From positions 11,263 through 75,262 of the forward strand of contig CAWGPZ010000014.1 in assembly GCA_963824605.1 (NCBI GenBank): a stretch of 64,000 nt of DNA, read 5' to 3'. Positions 1-10,800 of this stretch are shown piece after piece. Numbering within the stretch: position 1 is the stretch's first letter; the number at the start of each line of letters is the position of its first letter. A model generated the notes under the pieces. It searched no databases and was not told the origin of the DNA. It saw only the letters and a list, made by a program, of their open reading frames with translations. The stretch is from an uncultured Actinomycetota bacterium (GTDB taxonomy: Bacteria > Actinomycetota > Actinomycetes > JAHEKZ01). Both the position numbers and the translations under genes were made by a program.

Positions 1-557
1 CCGCTGCGCTGGTGGCCGCCGCCGCAGACGCCACCGAAGTGCTGCTGCTGCCCAACGACGACGACCATCTGGCGGTTGCCGACGCTGCGGCCGGTGAGCT
101 GCGGGCGAGGGGAGCCCACGTCGCGGTGCTGCGGACCCACGCGGTGGTTCAAGGCTTGGCGGCGGTCGCCGTGCACGATCGGCACAGCCCGTTCACCGAC
201 GATGTCGTGGCCATGTCGGCGGCGGCCGCGGCCACTCGGTTCGGGGGGTTGTCCATCGCCGAGCGTGAGGCCATGACGTCGGCCGGTATCTGCCATCCGG
301 GCGAGACGCTCGGTGTCGTCGAAGGCGACATCGTCGTCCTCGGTGACGATGCAGTGGAGGTCGCCTCGGCCGTTGTCGACCGGATGCTCGCGGCAGGGGG
401 CGAGCTGGTCACGCTGGTCTGCGGCGACGATCCCTTTCCCGGACGGCCCGTCGCTGACGCCGTGCGCCGTCATCTGCACAGCACCCGCCTCGACGTCGAG
501 GTCGTCGTCTACGACGGCGGTCAGCCGCACTATCCGCTGCTCATCGGCGTGGAGTGA
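1..557 (+). CDS. DAK2-domain protein (YloV family), C-terminal part; 5-prime end lies outside the window
   Basis: Open frame from the window edge to TGA at 555-557. Synteny: a yloV-like gene normally precedes recG in actinobacteria. High GC3. Confidence 0.6.
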   Translation, partial: AALVAAAADATEVLLLPNDDDHLAVADAAAGELRARGAHVAVLRTHAVVQGLAAVAVHDRHSPFTDDVVAMSAAAAATRFGGLSIAEREAMTSAGICHPGETLGVVEGDIVVLGDDAVEVASAVVDRMLAAGGELVTLVCGDDPFPGRPVADAVRRHLHSTRLDVEVVVYDGGQPHYPLLIGVE

Positions 558-573
558 CCCCGATGTCGAGTGA

Positions 574-2832
574 ATGGCGCGCCCGATGATGGACCGGCAG
601 GGGGCGGCCACCTGGTGGGACCAACCCCTGCGAAACGTGGTCGGTGGAGCAACGGCCAAAGCCTTGGCCGCGATGGGCCTCCAGACCGTCGGTGACCTGC
701 TGAATCACCTGCCTCGGCGCTACGGCGAGCACGGCGAGCTCTCTGACATCGGGCACCTGCAGGTCGGCGAGCAGGCGACCGTGCTCGCCGAGGTGTCCGA
801 GGTCTCGGTGAGGCGCATGCGTCAGCGAAAGGGAACGATCGTTGAGGTGGTCGTCACCGACGGACGCCACCGCCTGTCCTTGACCTTCTTCAACCAGCCA
901 TGGCGTGAGCGACAGCTGCAGAAGGGCATGCGAGGGCTCTTTGCGGGCACGGTCGACTCCCGAGCCGGCCGCCGGCAGCTCACCCACCCCGAGTACGTGA
1001 TCTTCGGGACGAGCGAGTCTGCGGACGTCGACCGAGCGTCGTCGATCGACGAGGGAGACGCCGACCTCGATCGAGACCTGCAGGTGATGCAGGAGTTCAC
1101 CGACTTCCTGATCCCGATCTACCCGGCTACCGCATCCCTGCCGACCTGGCGCATTCAGAAGGCGGTACAGGTCCTGCTCGACACCATGCCTGAGCTGCCT
1201 GAGGTCACGCCTGGCTCGATCGCGTCCCGCGAGGGCCTGATGAGTCGGACCGAGGCGTACCGCACCCTGCACCGGCCGCGATCGGTCGAGGAGGTGAAGA
1301 GCGCCCGACGCAGGCTTGCGTTCGACGAGGCCCTCGTGCTGCAGACGGTTCTTGCCAGACGGCGTGCGGCGCTCGCCGCCAGCGACTCCACCCCGCGCGT
1401 TGCCACCGATGGAGGGCTGCTGGCGGCGTTCGACCGGCGCTTGCCGTTCGAGCTCACGACAGGTCAACGCGAGGTGACGGCTGACATCACAGCGGACCTG
1501 GCGCGGTCGCACCCGATGCACCGACTCCTCCAGGGCGAAGTCGGATCTGGAAAGACGGTCGTGGCCCTGCGTGCCATGGTGACCGTCGTCGACGCGGGGG
1601 GCCAAGCAGCCCTGCTGGCGCCTACCGAGGTGCTGGCCGCGCAGCACTACCGAACGATGACAGCGATGCTGGGTCCGCTGGGCGACGGTGGCCTCCTTGG
1701 GTCCCCGCCCGAGGCCACCAGGGTGCGGCTCTTGACGGGCAGCCAGCCGACGGCCGCGCGACGTGCCGGCCTGCTCGATATCGCCTCTGGGGAAGCCGGG
1801 ATCGTGGTCGGTACCCATGCGTTGCTGCAAGAGCACGTCGACTTCTTCGACCTGGGGCTGGTGGTCGTCGACGAGCAGCACCGTTTCGGGGTCGAACAAC
1901 GTGAGGCGCTGAGGGCGAAGGCCGCGACCCCGCCGCATGTTCTCGTCATGACGGCGACCCCGATCCCGCGCACTGTGGCGATGACGATCTTCGGCGACCT
2001 CGACGTCTCCACCCTGACTGAGCTGCCGCAGGGGCGACAGGCGATCAGCACGCACGTCGTCAACGCGGTTGACCGACCCCACCATCTCGAGCGGGCGTGG
2101 CAGCGCATCACCGAAGAGGTGGAGGTCGGACGTCAGGCCTACGTCGTCTGCCCGCGGATCGGTGACGATCTCGATGTCGTCCCCGCCGGTGACGCCGACG
2201 GTGACGGTGACGGGGGGGCCGAGCTGCACTCGGTGGTGTCCCTCGCCCGCCAGCTCGCCGACGGTCCGCTCTCCGAGTGCAGGGTGGGAGTGCTGCACGG
2301 ACAGCTGCCGGGGGAGGCCAAGGACTCGGTCATGTCGAGCTTCACCGCAGGAGAGCTGGATGTCTTGGTCGCCACCACGGTGATCGAGGTCGGTGTCGAC
2401 GTGCCGAACGCGAGTGTCATGGTGGTGATGGACGCCGATCGGTTCGGCGTCTCGCAGCTGCACCAGATCCGGGGGCGGGTCGGGCGCGGTGACGTGCCGG
2501 GGCTGTGTCTGCTGGTCACCGGCCTTCCGGCTGACAGCCCAGCGCGGGCCAGGCTTGATGCCGTCGCCGCCACGACCGACGGGTTCGAGCTGTCGCGGAT
2601 CGACCTCGAGCAGCGCCGGGAAGGTGACGTTCTGGGGTCGGCACAATCTGGTGTGCGGTCGAGTCTGAAGGTGCTCCGTGCCGTGTCCGACGAGCAGTTG
2701 ATCATGGTCGCGCGTACAGACGCGGTGGCGCTGGTCGAGGCCGACCCAGAGCTGCTCAACCACCCTGATCTGGAGGCTGCGGTGAGCATCCTTGAGTCCG
2801 ATGAGCAGGCCGAGTACCTGGAGAAGTCCTGA
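574..2832 (+). CDS. recG: ATP-dependent DNA helicase RecG
   Basis: 752 aa. Walker A GEVGSGKT, DEQH box (VVVDEQHRFG), helicase C-terminal motifs. Conserved position. Confidence 0.95.
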   Translation: MARPMMDRQGAATWWDQPLRNVVGGATAKALAAMGLQTVGDLLNHLPRRYGEHGELSDIGHLQVGEQATVLAEVSEVSVRRMRQRKGTIVEVVVTDGRHRLSLTFFNQPWRERQLQKGMRGLFAGTVDSRAGRRQLTHPEYVIFGTSESADVDRASSIDEGDADLDRDLQVMQEFTDFLIPIYPATASLPTWRIQKAVQVLLDTMPELPEVTPGSIASREGLMSRTEAYRTLHRPRSVEEVKSARRRLAFDEALVLQTVLARRRAALAASDSTPRVATDGGLLAAFDRRLPFELTTGQREVTADITADLARSHPMHRLLQGEVGSGKTVVALRAMVTVVDAGGQAALLAPTEVLAAQHYRTMTAMLGPLGDGGLLGSPPEATRVRLLTGSQPTAARRAGLLDIASGEAGIVVGTHALLQEHVDFFDLGLVVVDEQHRFGVEQREALRAKAATPPHVLVMTATPIPRTVAMTIFGDLDVSTLTELPQGRQAISTHVVNAVDRPHHLERAWQRITEEVEVGRQAYVVCPRIGDDLDVVPAGDADGDGDGGAELHSVVSLARQLADGPLSECRVGVLHGQLPGEAKDSVMSSFTAGELDVLVATTVIEVGVDVPNASVMVVMDADRFGVSQLHQIRGRVGRGDVPGLCLLVTGLPADSPARARLDAVAATTDGFELSRIDLEQRREGDVLGSAQSGVRSSLKVLRAVSDEQLIMVARTDAVALVEADPELLNHPDLEAAVSILESDEQAEYLEKS

Positions 2833-2840
2833 CCAGGATC

Positions 2841-3470
2841 GTGGCCGGACGCGCGAGGGGTCGACGTCTACGGGTCCCGGCATCCGGCACCCGCCCCACG
2901 TCCGACCGGGCGCGTGAGGCGGTCTTCTCCAGTCTGGAGTCGCTACGGGGTGGTTTCACCGACTCCGTGGTGCTCGACCTCTACGCAGGTTCGGGGGCGT
3001 TGGGTCTTGAGGCGCTGTCCCGCGGAGCGTCACACGTCGACCTCGTCGAATCCGATCGCGAAGCCGCACAGGTGATCAAGGCCAACGCGGCCGCAGTTCT
3101 CTCCACCGACGCCGGGGGGTCCCCATCCTGGACCGCCCACTGCGAAGTGCACGCCGTCAGCGTGGAGCGATGGCTCACCGCAGCCAGACGGGGGAACGAC
3201 ACGGCTGCGGTGAGGTATGACGTGGTCTTCTGCGACCCGCCCTACGCGACGTCTGCCGAGGAGGTCCGCGAGGGGTTGGTGGCGCTGCTCGCGGGTGGTC
3301 GGCTCGCCGACGACGCGCTGGTGGTCGTCGAGCGGGCGAGACGCGACCTGCCATGGTCCTGGCCATCGGGGCTGGTCGCCATCAAGGACCGCGGCTACGG
3401 AGAAGCACACCTCTGGATCGGCGGCGTTGAGGTCGGTGCCGCCCCCACTGCCGGGGGCGACCCCCAGTGA
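2841..3470 (+). CDS. rsmD: 16S rRNA (guanine966-N2)-methyltransferase RsmD
   Basis: GTG start. SAM-binding motif LDLYAGSGALGLEALSRGA and DPPY motif. Confidence 0.88.
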   Translation: MAGRARGRRLRVPASGTRPTSDRAREAVFSSLESLRGGFTDSVVLDLYAGSGALGLEALSRGASHVDLVESDREAAQVIKANAAAVLSTDAGGSPSWTAHCEVHAVSVERWLTAARRGNDTAAVRYDVVFCDPPYATSAEEVREGLVALLAGGRLADDALVVVERARRDLPWSWPSGLVAIKDRGYGEAHLWIGGVEVGAAPTAGGDPQ

Positions 3471-3482
3471 TAGCGTCGCGCC

Positions 3483-3974
3483 GTGCTGAGCGTCGTATGC
3501 CCTGGCTCGTTCGACCCGGTCACCAACGGCCACGTCGACATCATCGAGCGGGCCTCCAAGTTGGCTGACCGCGTCTACGTCGGGGTCATGGTCAACCAGA
3601 ACAAGCAAGGGCTCTTCCCGGTCGAGCGCCGCATCGAACTGCTCGCAGAGTCGATACCCCACCTCGACAACGTGTCGATCGAGACCTTCTCAGGGCTGCT
3701 GGTCGACTACTGCCAAGCCAGAGAGGCCCGGGCCATCGTCAAAGGGCTTCGCGCGGTGGGCGACTTCGACTACGAGCTGCAGATGGCCCAGATGAACCAT
3801 CGGCTGACGGGGGTTGACACGCTCTTCGTGGCGACCAACCCGCTGTACTCGTTCCTGTCGTCGAGCCTGATCAAGGAGGTCGCCGCCTTCGGGGGTGACA
3901 TCACTGGGCTCGTGCCACCCCCGGTGCTCGGGCCCCTGGTCGAAGCCCTCACGTCGGCCGAGCACTCCCCATGA
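3483..3974 (+). CDS. coaD: phosphopantetheine adenylyltransferase
   Basis: N-terminus CPGSFDPVTNGHVDII. 163 aa. Confidence 0.95.
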   Translation: MLSVVCPGSFDPVTNGHVDIIERASKLADRVYVGVMVNQNKQGLFPVERRIELLAESIPHLDNVSIETFSGLLVDYCQAREARAIVKGLRAVGDFDYELQMAQMNHRLTGVDTLFVATNPLYSFLSSSLIKEVAAFGGDITGLVPPPVLGPLVEALTSAEHSP

Positions 3975-4083
3975 CCACCTGCGGGACGCCACCGTCAAAC
4001 ACCCACCTGCGTGAGCCGAGCGCGATGAGCCCGCCTGTCCCGCCCCGTCCCGGCCGGGCCCCTATCGATCCCCAGGAGGTCAC

Positions 4084-4608
4084 GTGGAGATCCACGACAA
4101 GCTCGACGAGCTGAGTGAGGTGCTCGAGAGCGCGCGGGCGGTGCCGATGTCGGCCTCGTGCATGGTGAACCGCGAAGACCTTCTGGCGCGCCTCGATGTC
4201 ATCCGCGGTCAGCTGCCGGCCGACCTGGCGCGGGCGGACAGCCTGCTGGCCGATGCCGAAAGCGTGATCGCCACCGCCCACCGCCAGGGCGACGAGATCA
4301 TCGCGGGAGCACACGACGAGAAGATGCGACTCGTTGCGGAGACCGAGGTGATGGCACAGGCCGAACGCGAGGCCGGGCGCATCGTCGCCGCCGCCCAGAC
4401 CGAGGCAGAACGCGTCCAGCGCGAGATCGACGACTACATCGACGCCAAGCTCGCCAACTTCGAGCTCGTACTCACCAAGACCCTCGAGGCGGTAGCCCGC
4501 GGACGCGACAAGATCGCCGGTCGTCGCGCCGTCGAGGAGCTGTCCGGCATCGCCTTGCCGGACTTCGACGAGGATCAGCCGGACGACGACACCGAGGTCG
4601 AACGCTGA
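4084..4608 (+). CDS. coiled-coil protein, probably SepIVA/DivIVA-like (occupies the position of M. tuberculosis Rv2927c)
   Basis: GTG start preceded by AGGAGG. Predicted coiled coil. Position between coaD and the DUF177 gene is conserved in actinobacteria. Confidence 0.5.
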   Translation: MEIHDKLDELSEVLESARAVPMSASCMVNREDLLARLDVIRGQLPADLARADSLLADAESVIATAHRQGDEIIAGAHDEKMRLVAETEVMAQAEREAGRIVAAAQTEAERVQREIDDYIDAKLANFELVLTKTLEAVARGRDKIAGRRAVEELSGIALPDFDEDQPDDDTEVER

Positions 4609-4764
4609 GGGAGGTCGCCGTCCTGCTCCGGTTTTGGGTCGATCCACCTGCTCGGCTACGCTGGTCAACGGTCTCGTCCCTGAGGCTGTAGTCCAGACTG
4701 CCCAAGGTCATACCCAGCCTTGCCGTCGGCGAGGTCAGTGGTGTGCGCCAGGAGAACACCGAAC

Positions 4765-5328
4765 GTGTCTCGGCTCGATCCACGCGACCCGCTGGTGCTC
4801 GACACCCATGCGGTGGCGAGACGCCCCGGGACGATGGCCGAGGTCGAGCGCACGGTGCCGGCACCGGATGGACTCGGCACGGACGTGGTCGGTGTCTCTT
4901 CGGGCGCTCCGGTTGAGTTGCAGCTGCGACTTGAGTCGGTGGTCGAAGGGGTGCTGGTGTCCGGCGTCTGTCGGGCACGGGCGAGTGGTGAATGCGTACG
5001 GTGCCTGGACCCGGTCAACATCGACCTGGTGCTCGACCTGCAGGAGCTCTTCGCCTACCCCGACGCCGCCGCGGCCGACGCGGAGGAGATCGCGCAGGTG
5101 GAAGACGAGCTCGTCGACTTCCAGCCGGTGCTGCGGGATGCCGTGGTGCTCGCCTTGCCCCTGCAACCGGTGTGCCAGGACGGCTGTCTCGGACTCTGCG
5201 CCACGTGTGGCGCACGGCTGAACGACGACCCGGATCATCAGCACGACCAGATCGACCCGAGATGGGCCGCCCTGGGAGACCTGCAGACGCAGGACTCGAA
5301 CGCACGAGACGCGCCCAACGCGTCCTAA
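4765..5328 (+). CDS. yceD: DUF177 / YceD-family protein
   Basis: GTG start with AGGAGA upstream. CxxC...CxxC metal-binding pairs. Immediately upstream of rpmF, as is universal for this family. Confidence 0.85.
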   Translation: MSRLDPRDPLVLDTHAVARRPGTMAEVERTVPAPDGLGTDVVGVSSGAPVELQLRLESVVEGVLVSGVCRARASGECVRCLDPVNIDLVLDLQELFAYPDAAAADAEEIAQVEDELVDFQPVLRDAVVLALPLQPVCQDGCLGLCATCGARLNDDPDHQHDQIDPRWAALGDLQTQDSNARDAPNAS

Positions 5329-5344
5329 AGGAAAGGGCATTGCC

Positions 5345-5518
5345 GTGGCCGTCCCGAAGCGGAAGACGTCGCGCTCCAACACCCGTTCGCGCCGGGCCAA
5401 CTGGAAAGCCAGTCGCCCCACCATCGTCACCTGCGACCGTTGCAGTGAGCCCAAGTTGCCGCACGTCGCGTGCCCAACGTGTGGCACCTACAACAAGCGA
5501 CAGGTCACTGCCGTCTGA
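5345..5518 (+). CDS. rpmF: 50S ribosomal protein L32
   Basis: 57 aa: [21 protein letters not shown]...[12 protein letters not shown]. Not in the ORF track because it is under 60 aa. Confidence 0.9.
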   Translation: MAVPKRKTSRSNTRSRRANWKASRPTIVTCDRCSEPKLPHVACPTCGTYNKRQVTAV

Positions 5519-5531
5519 CCGGTCCGACCTC

Positions 5532-6293
5532 GTGACCGCTGACGACGCCGGAGCAGATCCGCACCCCCTGCTCGCGGCGATGCACGTCGATGTTGCTCCG
5601 GCCATGCTCGAGCTGTCGTTGACGCACCGCTCGTATGCCTACGAGAACGGTGGCCTGCCGACCAACGAGCGACTTGAGTTCCTCGGCGACTCGGTGCTGG
5701 GGCTGGTGGTGACCGAGACGCTCTACCGCGTTCACCCCGATGTGCCGGAAGGGCAGCTGGCCAAGCTGCGCTCGGCTGTCGTCAACATGCGGGCGCTGGC
5801 CGAGGTGGCGCGCTCGCTGGGCCTCGGCGAGTACCTGAAGCTGGGCAAGGGCGAAGAAGCGACCGGCGGTCGCGACAAGGCGTCGATCCTGGCTGACGGG
5901 CTCGAGGCGCTCATCGGGGCTGTCTACGTGGACAAGGGCATCGAGGTGGCGACGCAGGTGGTTCATCACCTTTTCGACCCAATCCTCGAGGCAGCGCCCC
6001 ACCTCGGTGCCGGACTCGACTGGAAGACCAGCCTGCAAGAGCTCACGGCCTCGCTGGATCTCGGCGTCCCCGAGTACCGCATCGACGAGTCCGGCCCCGA
6101 CCATGCCAAGTCGTTCGTGGCCACCGTGGTGCTCCGCGACGGTGCCCACGGCACCGGCCGGGGCAACTCCAAGAAGGAGGCCGAGCAACAAGCGGCAGCT
6201 GTCACCTGGGAGTCGCTCGCTGCGCACGCGGCCACATCCGGCGATCAGGACGCGGCGTCGAGCCCGTCCCAAGCATCTGACCCCAGCGTCTAG
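5532..6293 (+). CDS. rnc: ribonuclease III
   Basis: RNase III signature [12 protein letters not shown]. dsRBD at the C-terminus. GTG start chosen after the rpmF stop; the ORF track extends the frame upstream artifactually. Confidence 0.92.
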   Translation: MTADDAGADPHPLLAAMHVDVAPAMLELSLTHRSYAYENGGLPTNERLEFLGDSVLGLVVTETLYRVHPDVPEGQLAKLRSAVVNMRALAEVARSLGLGEYLKLGKGEEATGGRDKASILADGLEALIGAVYVDKGIEVATQVVHHLFDPILEAAPHLGAGLDWKTSLQELTASLDLGVPEYRIDESGPDHAKSFVATVVLRDGAHGTGRGNSKKEAEQQAAAVTWESLAAHAATSGDQDAASSPSQASDPSV

Positions 6294-6311
6294 CTCCGGT
6301 GTCAGACTCCG

Positions 6312-7202
6312 GTGCCTGAGCTCCCTGAGGTAGAGACCGTCCGTGAGGGGCTGGCCCGCCATCTCGTGGGGCGGACGCTGCTCAGCGCGACCGCACACCA
6401 CCCGCGGGTCGCCAGGCGTCACCTGCTCGGCAGTCGCGACCTCTGCGAACGGCTGACGGGGTGTCGATGCCTCAGCGTCGAGCGCCGCGGCAAGTACCTG
6501 TGGATTCCACTGGAGCAGGGTGATGAGGCCCTGATCGCCCATCTCGGCATGAGCGGTCAGTTCCGCGTCACCGACCAGACGATGCGTAGCCACCCCCACT
6601 TGCGGTTCGATGCCCAGCTCGACGACGGCCAGTGGCTCTCCTTTCTCGATCAGCGCACCTTCGGGGGTCTGGCGTGGGACCACCTCGCACCGGCCCCCGA
6701 CGGGCGGCTGTTGCCCGCGTCGCTCGTGCACATCGCCGCAGATCCGTTCGAGAGGGGCTACGACGTCGACGAGGTCGTCGTGCGGGTCCGGCGCCGGCAT
6801 TCGGAGATCAAGCGGGTGCTCCTCGACCAGACAGTTGTCTCCGGGATCGGGAACATCTATGCGGACGAGTCCCTCTGGCGAGCGCGGGTTCACCCCGCTC
6901 GCTCCGCGCACCAGCTGCCGCCGAAGGTGGCGCGCTCGGTCCTGGTCCAGGCGCAGCTGGTGATGGCCGAGGCACTTGAGCAGGGTGGTACGTCCTTCGA
7001 CTCCCTCTACGTGAACGTGAACGGCGAGAGCGGCTACTTCGAGCGCTCCCTCGCCGTCTACGGGCGCGAGGGTGAGCCCTGCGAACGGTGTGGAGCGCCG
7101 ATCCGGCGCCTCCAGTTCATGAATCGCTCGTCGTTCGTGTGTCAGCGCTGCCAACGGCCGCCCCGCGCGGGTGCGGGGCGCCGGAGTGAGCCGATCGGGT
7201 GA
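6312..7202 (+). CDS. mutM: formamidopyrimidine-DNA glycosylase
   Basis: N-terminal PELPEVE catalytic Pro. C-terminal zinc finger CxxC..CxxC. Confidence 0.92.
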   Translation: MPELPEVETVREGLARHLVGRTLLSATAHHPRVARRHLLGSRDLCERLTGCRCLSVERRGKYLWIPLEQGDEALIAHLGMSGQFRVTDQTMRSHPHLRFDAQLDDGQWLSFLDQRTFGGLAWDHLAPAPDGRLLPASLVHIAADPFERGYDVDEVVVRVRRRHSEIKRVLLDQTVVSGIGNIYADESLWRARVHPARSAHQLPPKVARSVLVQAQLVMAEALEQGGTSFDSLYVNVNGESGYFERSLAVYGREGEPCERCGAPIRRLQFMNRSSFVCQRCQRPPRAGAGRRSEPIG

Positions 7203-7341
7203 TCGAACCCCCTGGTCTGCCGCTGAGATCGTGACCTCTTCTTGACCTTCCTGATACCGGAGTGTCACCCTGAGGTATCTGCGGCTGGCGGCCATCGCCG
7301 CTGCCCGACCAGCGAAGATCCCGAGGAAGGGGCCTCCACTC

Positions 7342-7563
7342 ATGGCGAAGGCGATTCTTGGCCACATTGGCGGTCCCGACCCGCGACTTCTCGCCGAGGT
7401 GGCGCGCCTGCGCCGCCGCGTGAGCGACCTGCAGTCCGAGGTCGAGCGTCTGACGGCTGAGAACGAGGCATTGCTTCCCGAGACGATCGGTGAGTCGCTG
7501 GCCGACGAGATCATCACCCTGGATGCCGCATCCCCCGACCGGTCGGCGCCGGCGCTCGCCTGA
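7342..7563 (+). CDS. hypothetical small coiled-coil protein
   Basis: 73 aa. About 80% GC3 (coding-like). No recognisable domain. Confidence 0.4.
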   Translation: MAKAILGHIGGPDPRLLAEVARLRRRVSDLQSEVERLTAENEALLPETIGESLADEIITLDAASPDRSAPALA

Positions 7564-7653
7564 CCGCCGATTTCCCCCGGATCGACACCTCTCGCTCTGC
7601 GCGTCCCCTGCGAGACCGCTGTCGCGGCTCGGTAGGCTGCTCCCGTTGCTTGG

Positions 7654-7705
7654 CCCGTGCTAGCTGTTCGACCGTGCTGTTCGCTTGACCCGTGCTGACC
7701 GGTGA
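7654..7705. repeat. three consecutive degenerate 17-18-bp direct repeats (cccgtgctagctgttcga / ccgtgctgttcgcttga / cccgtgctgaccggtga) in the 275-bp region upstream of smc
   Basis: Read directly. Core CCGTGCT(N5-8)TGA is repeated with 17-18-bp periodicity. Confidence 0.6.
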
Positions 7706-7838
7706 GGATTTCCCCACTCTGACCGGTCGTTGCCGATTCGGTGCAGGCCGGATCGGTCCGTCCACCCCTTGCGAGGGGAGGGCCCGCAGTTCGTGGGGCT
7801 CCTCGCCGCCAGGGCCGCCACCGCAGGAGTAGCCCCCG

Positions 7839-10800
7839 GTGTACCTCAAGACCCTCACGCTTCGCGGCTTCAAGTCGTTCGCGTCGTCCACCACGTTGCG
7901 GTTTGAGCCCGGCATCACCTGCGTCGTGGGGCCGAACGGGTCGGGCAAGTCCAATGTGGTCGACGCGCTCTCATGGGTCATGGGAGAGCAGGGGGCCAAG
8001 TCGCTGCGTGGCGGCAAGATGGAAGACGTCATCTTCGCCGGCACCTCGGGCCGCCCCCCGCTCGGTCGCGCCGAGGTGGTGCTCACCATCGACAACACCG
8101 ATGGCGCCCTGCCGATCGACTACACCGAGGTGACCATTTCGCGGACGATGTTCCGCAACGGGGGCTCTGAGTACGCCATCAACGGCGAGCCCTGCCGCCT
8201 GCTCGACGTCCAAGAGCTGCTCTCCGACTCGGGCATCGGCCGCGAGATGCATGTCATCGTCGGCCAGGGGCAGCTCGACAGCGTGTTGTCGGCGACGCCA
8301 GAAGATCGTCGAGGATTCATTGAAGAGGCTGCTGGTGTCCTCAAACACCGCAAGCGCAAGGAGAAGGCCCTCCGAAAGCTCGATGCCATGGAGGCCAACC
8401 TGGTTCGTCTCACCGACCTGACCTCCGAGCTGCGCCGGCAGCTGAAGCCCCTGGGCCGGCAGGCGGAGGTGGCGCGACGCGCAAGCGTGGTCCAGGCGGA
8501 CGTTCGTGACGCCCGGCTCCGCATCTTGGCCGACGACCTCACCGGGTATCGGGTCGCTCTCGAGCAAGAGGTGGCCGACGAGAACGCCCTCCTCAAGCTG
8601 CGCGCAGAGGCCGAAGCGGCCCTCGCGACGTCCCAGCAGCGCGAGATCGAGCTCGAATCTGCGGTCGCGGCGACGCTGCCGGCGCTGACCGACGCGCAGG
8701 AGACCTGGTTCCGCCTCTCTGGCCTGCGCGACCGGTTCAGGGGTCTGGCGTCTCTGGCGACCGAGCGGGTCCGATTCGCCGCCGACGTCCCGACGCACCG
8801 CACGTCGGGACGCGAGCCGGAGGACATGGAGCGCGAGGCCGTACAGATTCGCGAGCAAGAAGGGGCGCTGGAGTCGACGGTCCAGCGCGACCGCGTGACA
8901 CTTGCGGCCGCGGAGCAGGAGCGTCTCGAGGCAGAGCAGGCGCTTGCTGGTGAGGAGGCCCAGGTCGCCGGCCAGCTTCGTGCGATCGCCGATCGGCGCG
9001 AAGGCATGGCGCGACTGGCCGGAAAGGTGGCAGCCGCGAGGACCACCGTTGACGCGTCGGCCTCCGAGCAGGAGCGGCTCGCGGCGACCTTGGCCGAGGC
9101 TGAGGAGCGAGCGCGAGCCGCGCACGATGAGTTCGCGAGCGTTGAGTCACAGATCGCCGGTCTGGACGAGGGGGAGGTCGACCTCGACGCCGAGTTCGAG
9201 TCGGCGTCACAGTCGTTGGCCCAGGCACGCGAGCGAGTGGCGGCCCTCCGTGAAGAGGAACGAAGCGCTGAGCAGGAGCGTGCGGCGCTGATGGCGCGCG
9301 TCGAGGCGTTGAACATCGGGCTCGACCGCAAAGACGGCTCGTCCGCACTGTTGGCCGCGTCCGACGACCTGTCAGGGCTGCTGGGTTCGGTGGCGGCGAT
9401 CCTCACGATCGAACCTGGCGCTGAGGCGGCGATCGGTGCAGCGCTCGGGGTGGCAGCTGACGCCGTGGCCGTGAGCTCGGTCGACTCGGCCGTCGATGCT
9501 CTGGCGCTCCTCAAGCGAGAGGACGGCGGCCGCGCCGGGATCGTGGTCGGGGGTGGCCAGGCCTATGGATCCTCGGAGTGGCCGGTCCTACCTGCGTATG
9601 CCACGTATGCGATCGATCTGGTCCAGGCCCCCGAACAGGTACGCCCCGCACTTCGGCATCTGCTCGAGCAGGTCGCCGTCGTTGATGGCGTCGATGAGGC
9701 CCGCACACTGATTGCGGACATCCCGACGGTCACTGCCGTTACTCGCGACGGCGATCTGATCGGGGCGTCTTTCGTCCAGGGCGGCTCATCGCGCATGCCA
9801 AGCCTCCTGGAGGTTCAGGCGGCCGTCGACGAGGCGAACGAACAGCTGGTGGCGACCACTCACCGTTGTGAGCGCCTGCGTTTCGCGTTGACGCAGAGCA
9901 CCGATGCCGAGCTCGAGGCGCAGCAGCAGGTCGATGGTGCGCTGGTCAGGTTGCACGAGTCAGATGCCCGGCTCTCGGCCGTTGCCGAGAAGCTCGGACA
10001 GCTCGGTTCGGTCGCGCGCAACGCCGCAGCCGAAGCGGCGCGCGTGCAGGCCGCCATCGACTCGGCGAAGGAGCGGCACGGGGCGGCTTCGACCGCGCTC
10101 GTCGAGCTGCAGGAGCGTCTCGACTCGGCTGAGCGGGCCCCAGACGTCGGCGAGCCCGATCTCACCGCCCGCAACCAGCTGGCGCAGGACGTGGTCGCCG
10201 CCCGTGAGGCCGAGACCGAGGCGAGACTGGCGGTGCGGACGGGCGAGGAACGCGCGCGGGCACTGCACGGTCGCGCCGACCAGCTCGACCGAGCCGCAGC
10301 CGAAGAGCGAACCGCCCGCGAGGAGGCGAGGGCACTCGCTGAGCGCGCGGCCCGTGAAGCCGAAGTCGCCCGTGCGGTCTTGCGGGCCTGCGACATCGTC
10401 GCGAGCCGCCTCGACCGATCGTTGCAGCTGGCCACGGACGCCAGGGCCGCCGCCGAGAACCGTCGCACGGTGCTCGAGGCCGAGCTTCTCGACGTACGTG
10501 CGCGGACCCGGTCGATCTCTGGCGACCTCGATCAGCTCACCGACTCCGTGCACCGCGATGAAGTGGCCCGTACCGAACAGCGGCTGCGTATCGAGCAGAT
10601 CGAGGCGCGGGCCATGGAGGAGTTCGGAGTCGACGTCGAGGCGCTCATCGCTGAGTACGGTCCCGATCAGCTCGTTCCGCCACCTCTGTTGGCTCCGGAT
10701 GAAGAAGAGACAGACCCTCCGAGGCAACCGATTCCCTACGTCCGCACCGAGCAGGAGAAGCGGCTGAGGGCCGCCGAGCGCAACCTCGCGGTTCTGGGCA

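Noticed and set aside
541-2883. 780-aa minus-strand ORF, and many similar long antisense ORFs (e.g. 5505-7517, 7971-9125, 8120-9514, 9960-10961, 14638-15738, 23133-24395, 29290-30621, 46200-47417, 49336-50985, 50945-52384, 57618-58652, 62767-63654)
   Set aside because: Typical stop-codon-poor antisense frames of a 70%-GC genome. Their translations are Arg/Pro/Gly-rich junk, they lack domains, and they overlap well-supported genes on the other strand.
7654-7705. Short direct repeats here and at 11424-11480 and 47444-47474 considered as CRISPR arrays
   Set aside because: Only 2-4 units, no unique spacers of regular length, no cas genes. They are simple tandem repeats.
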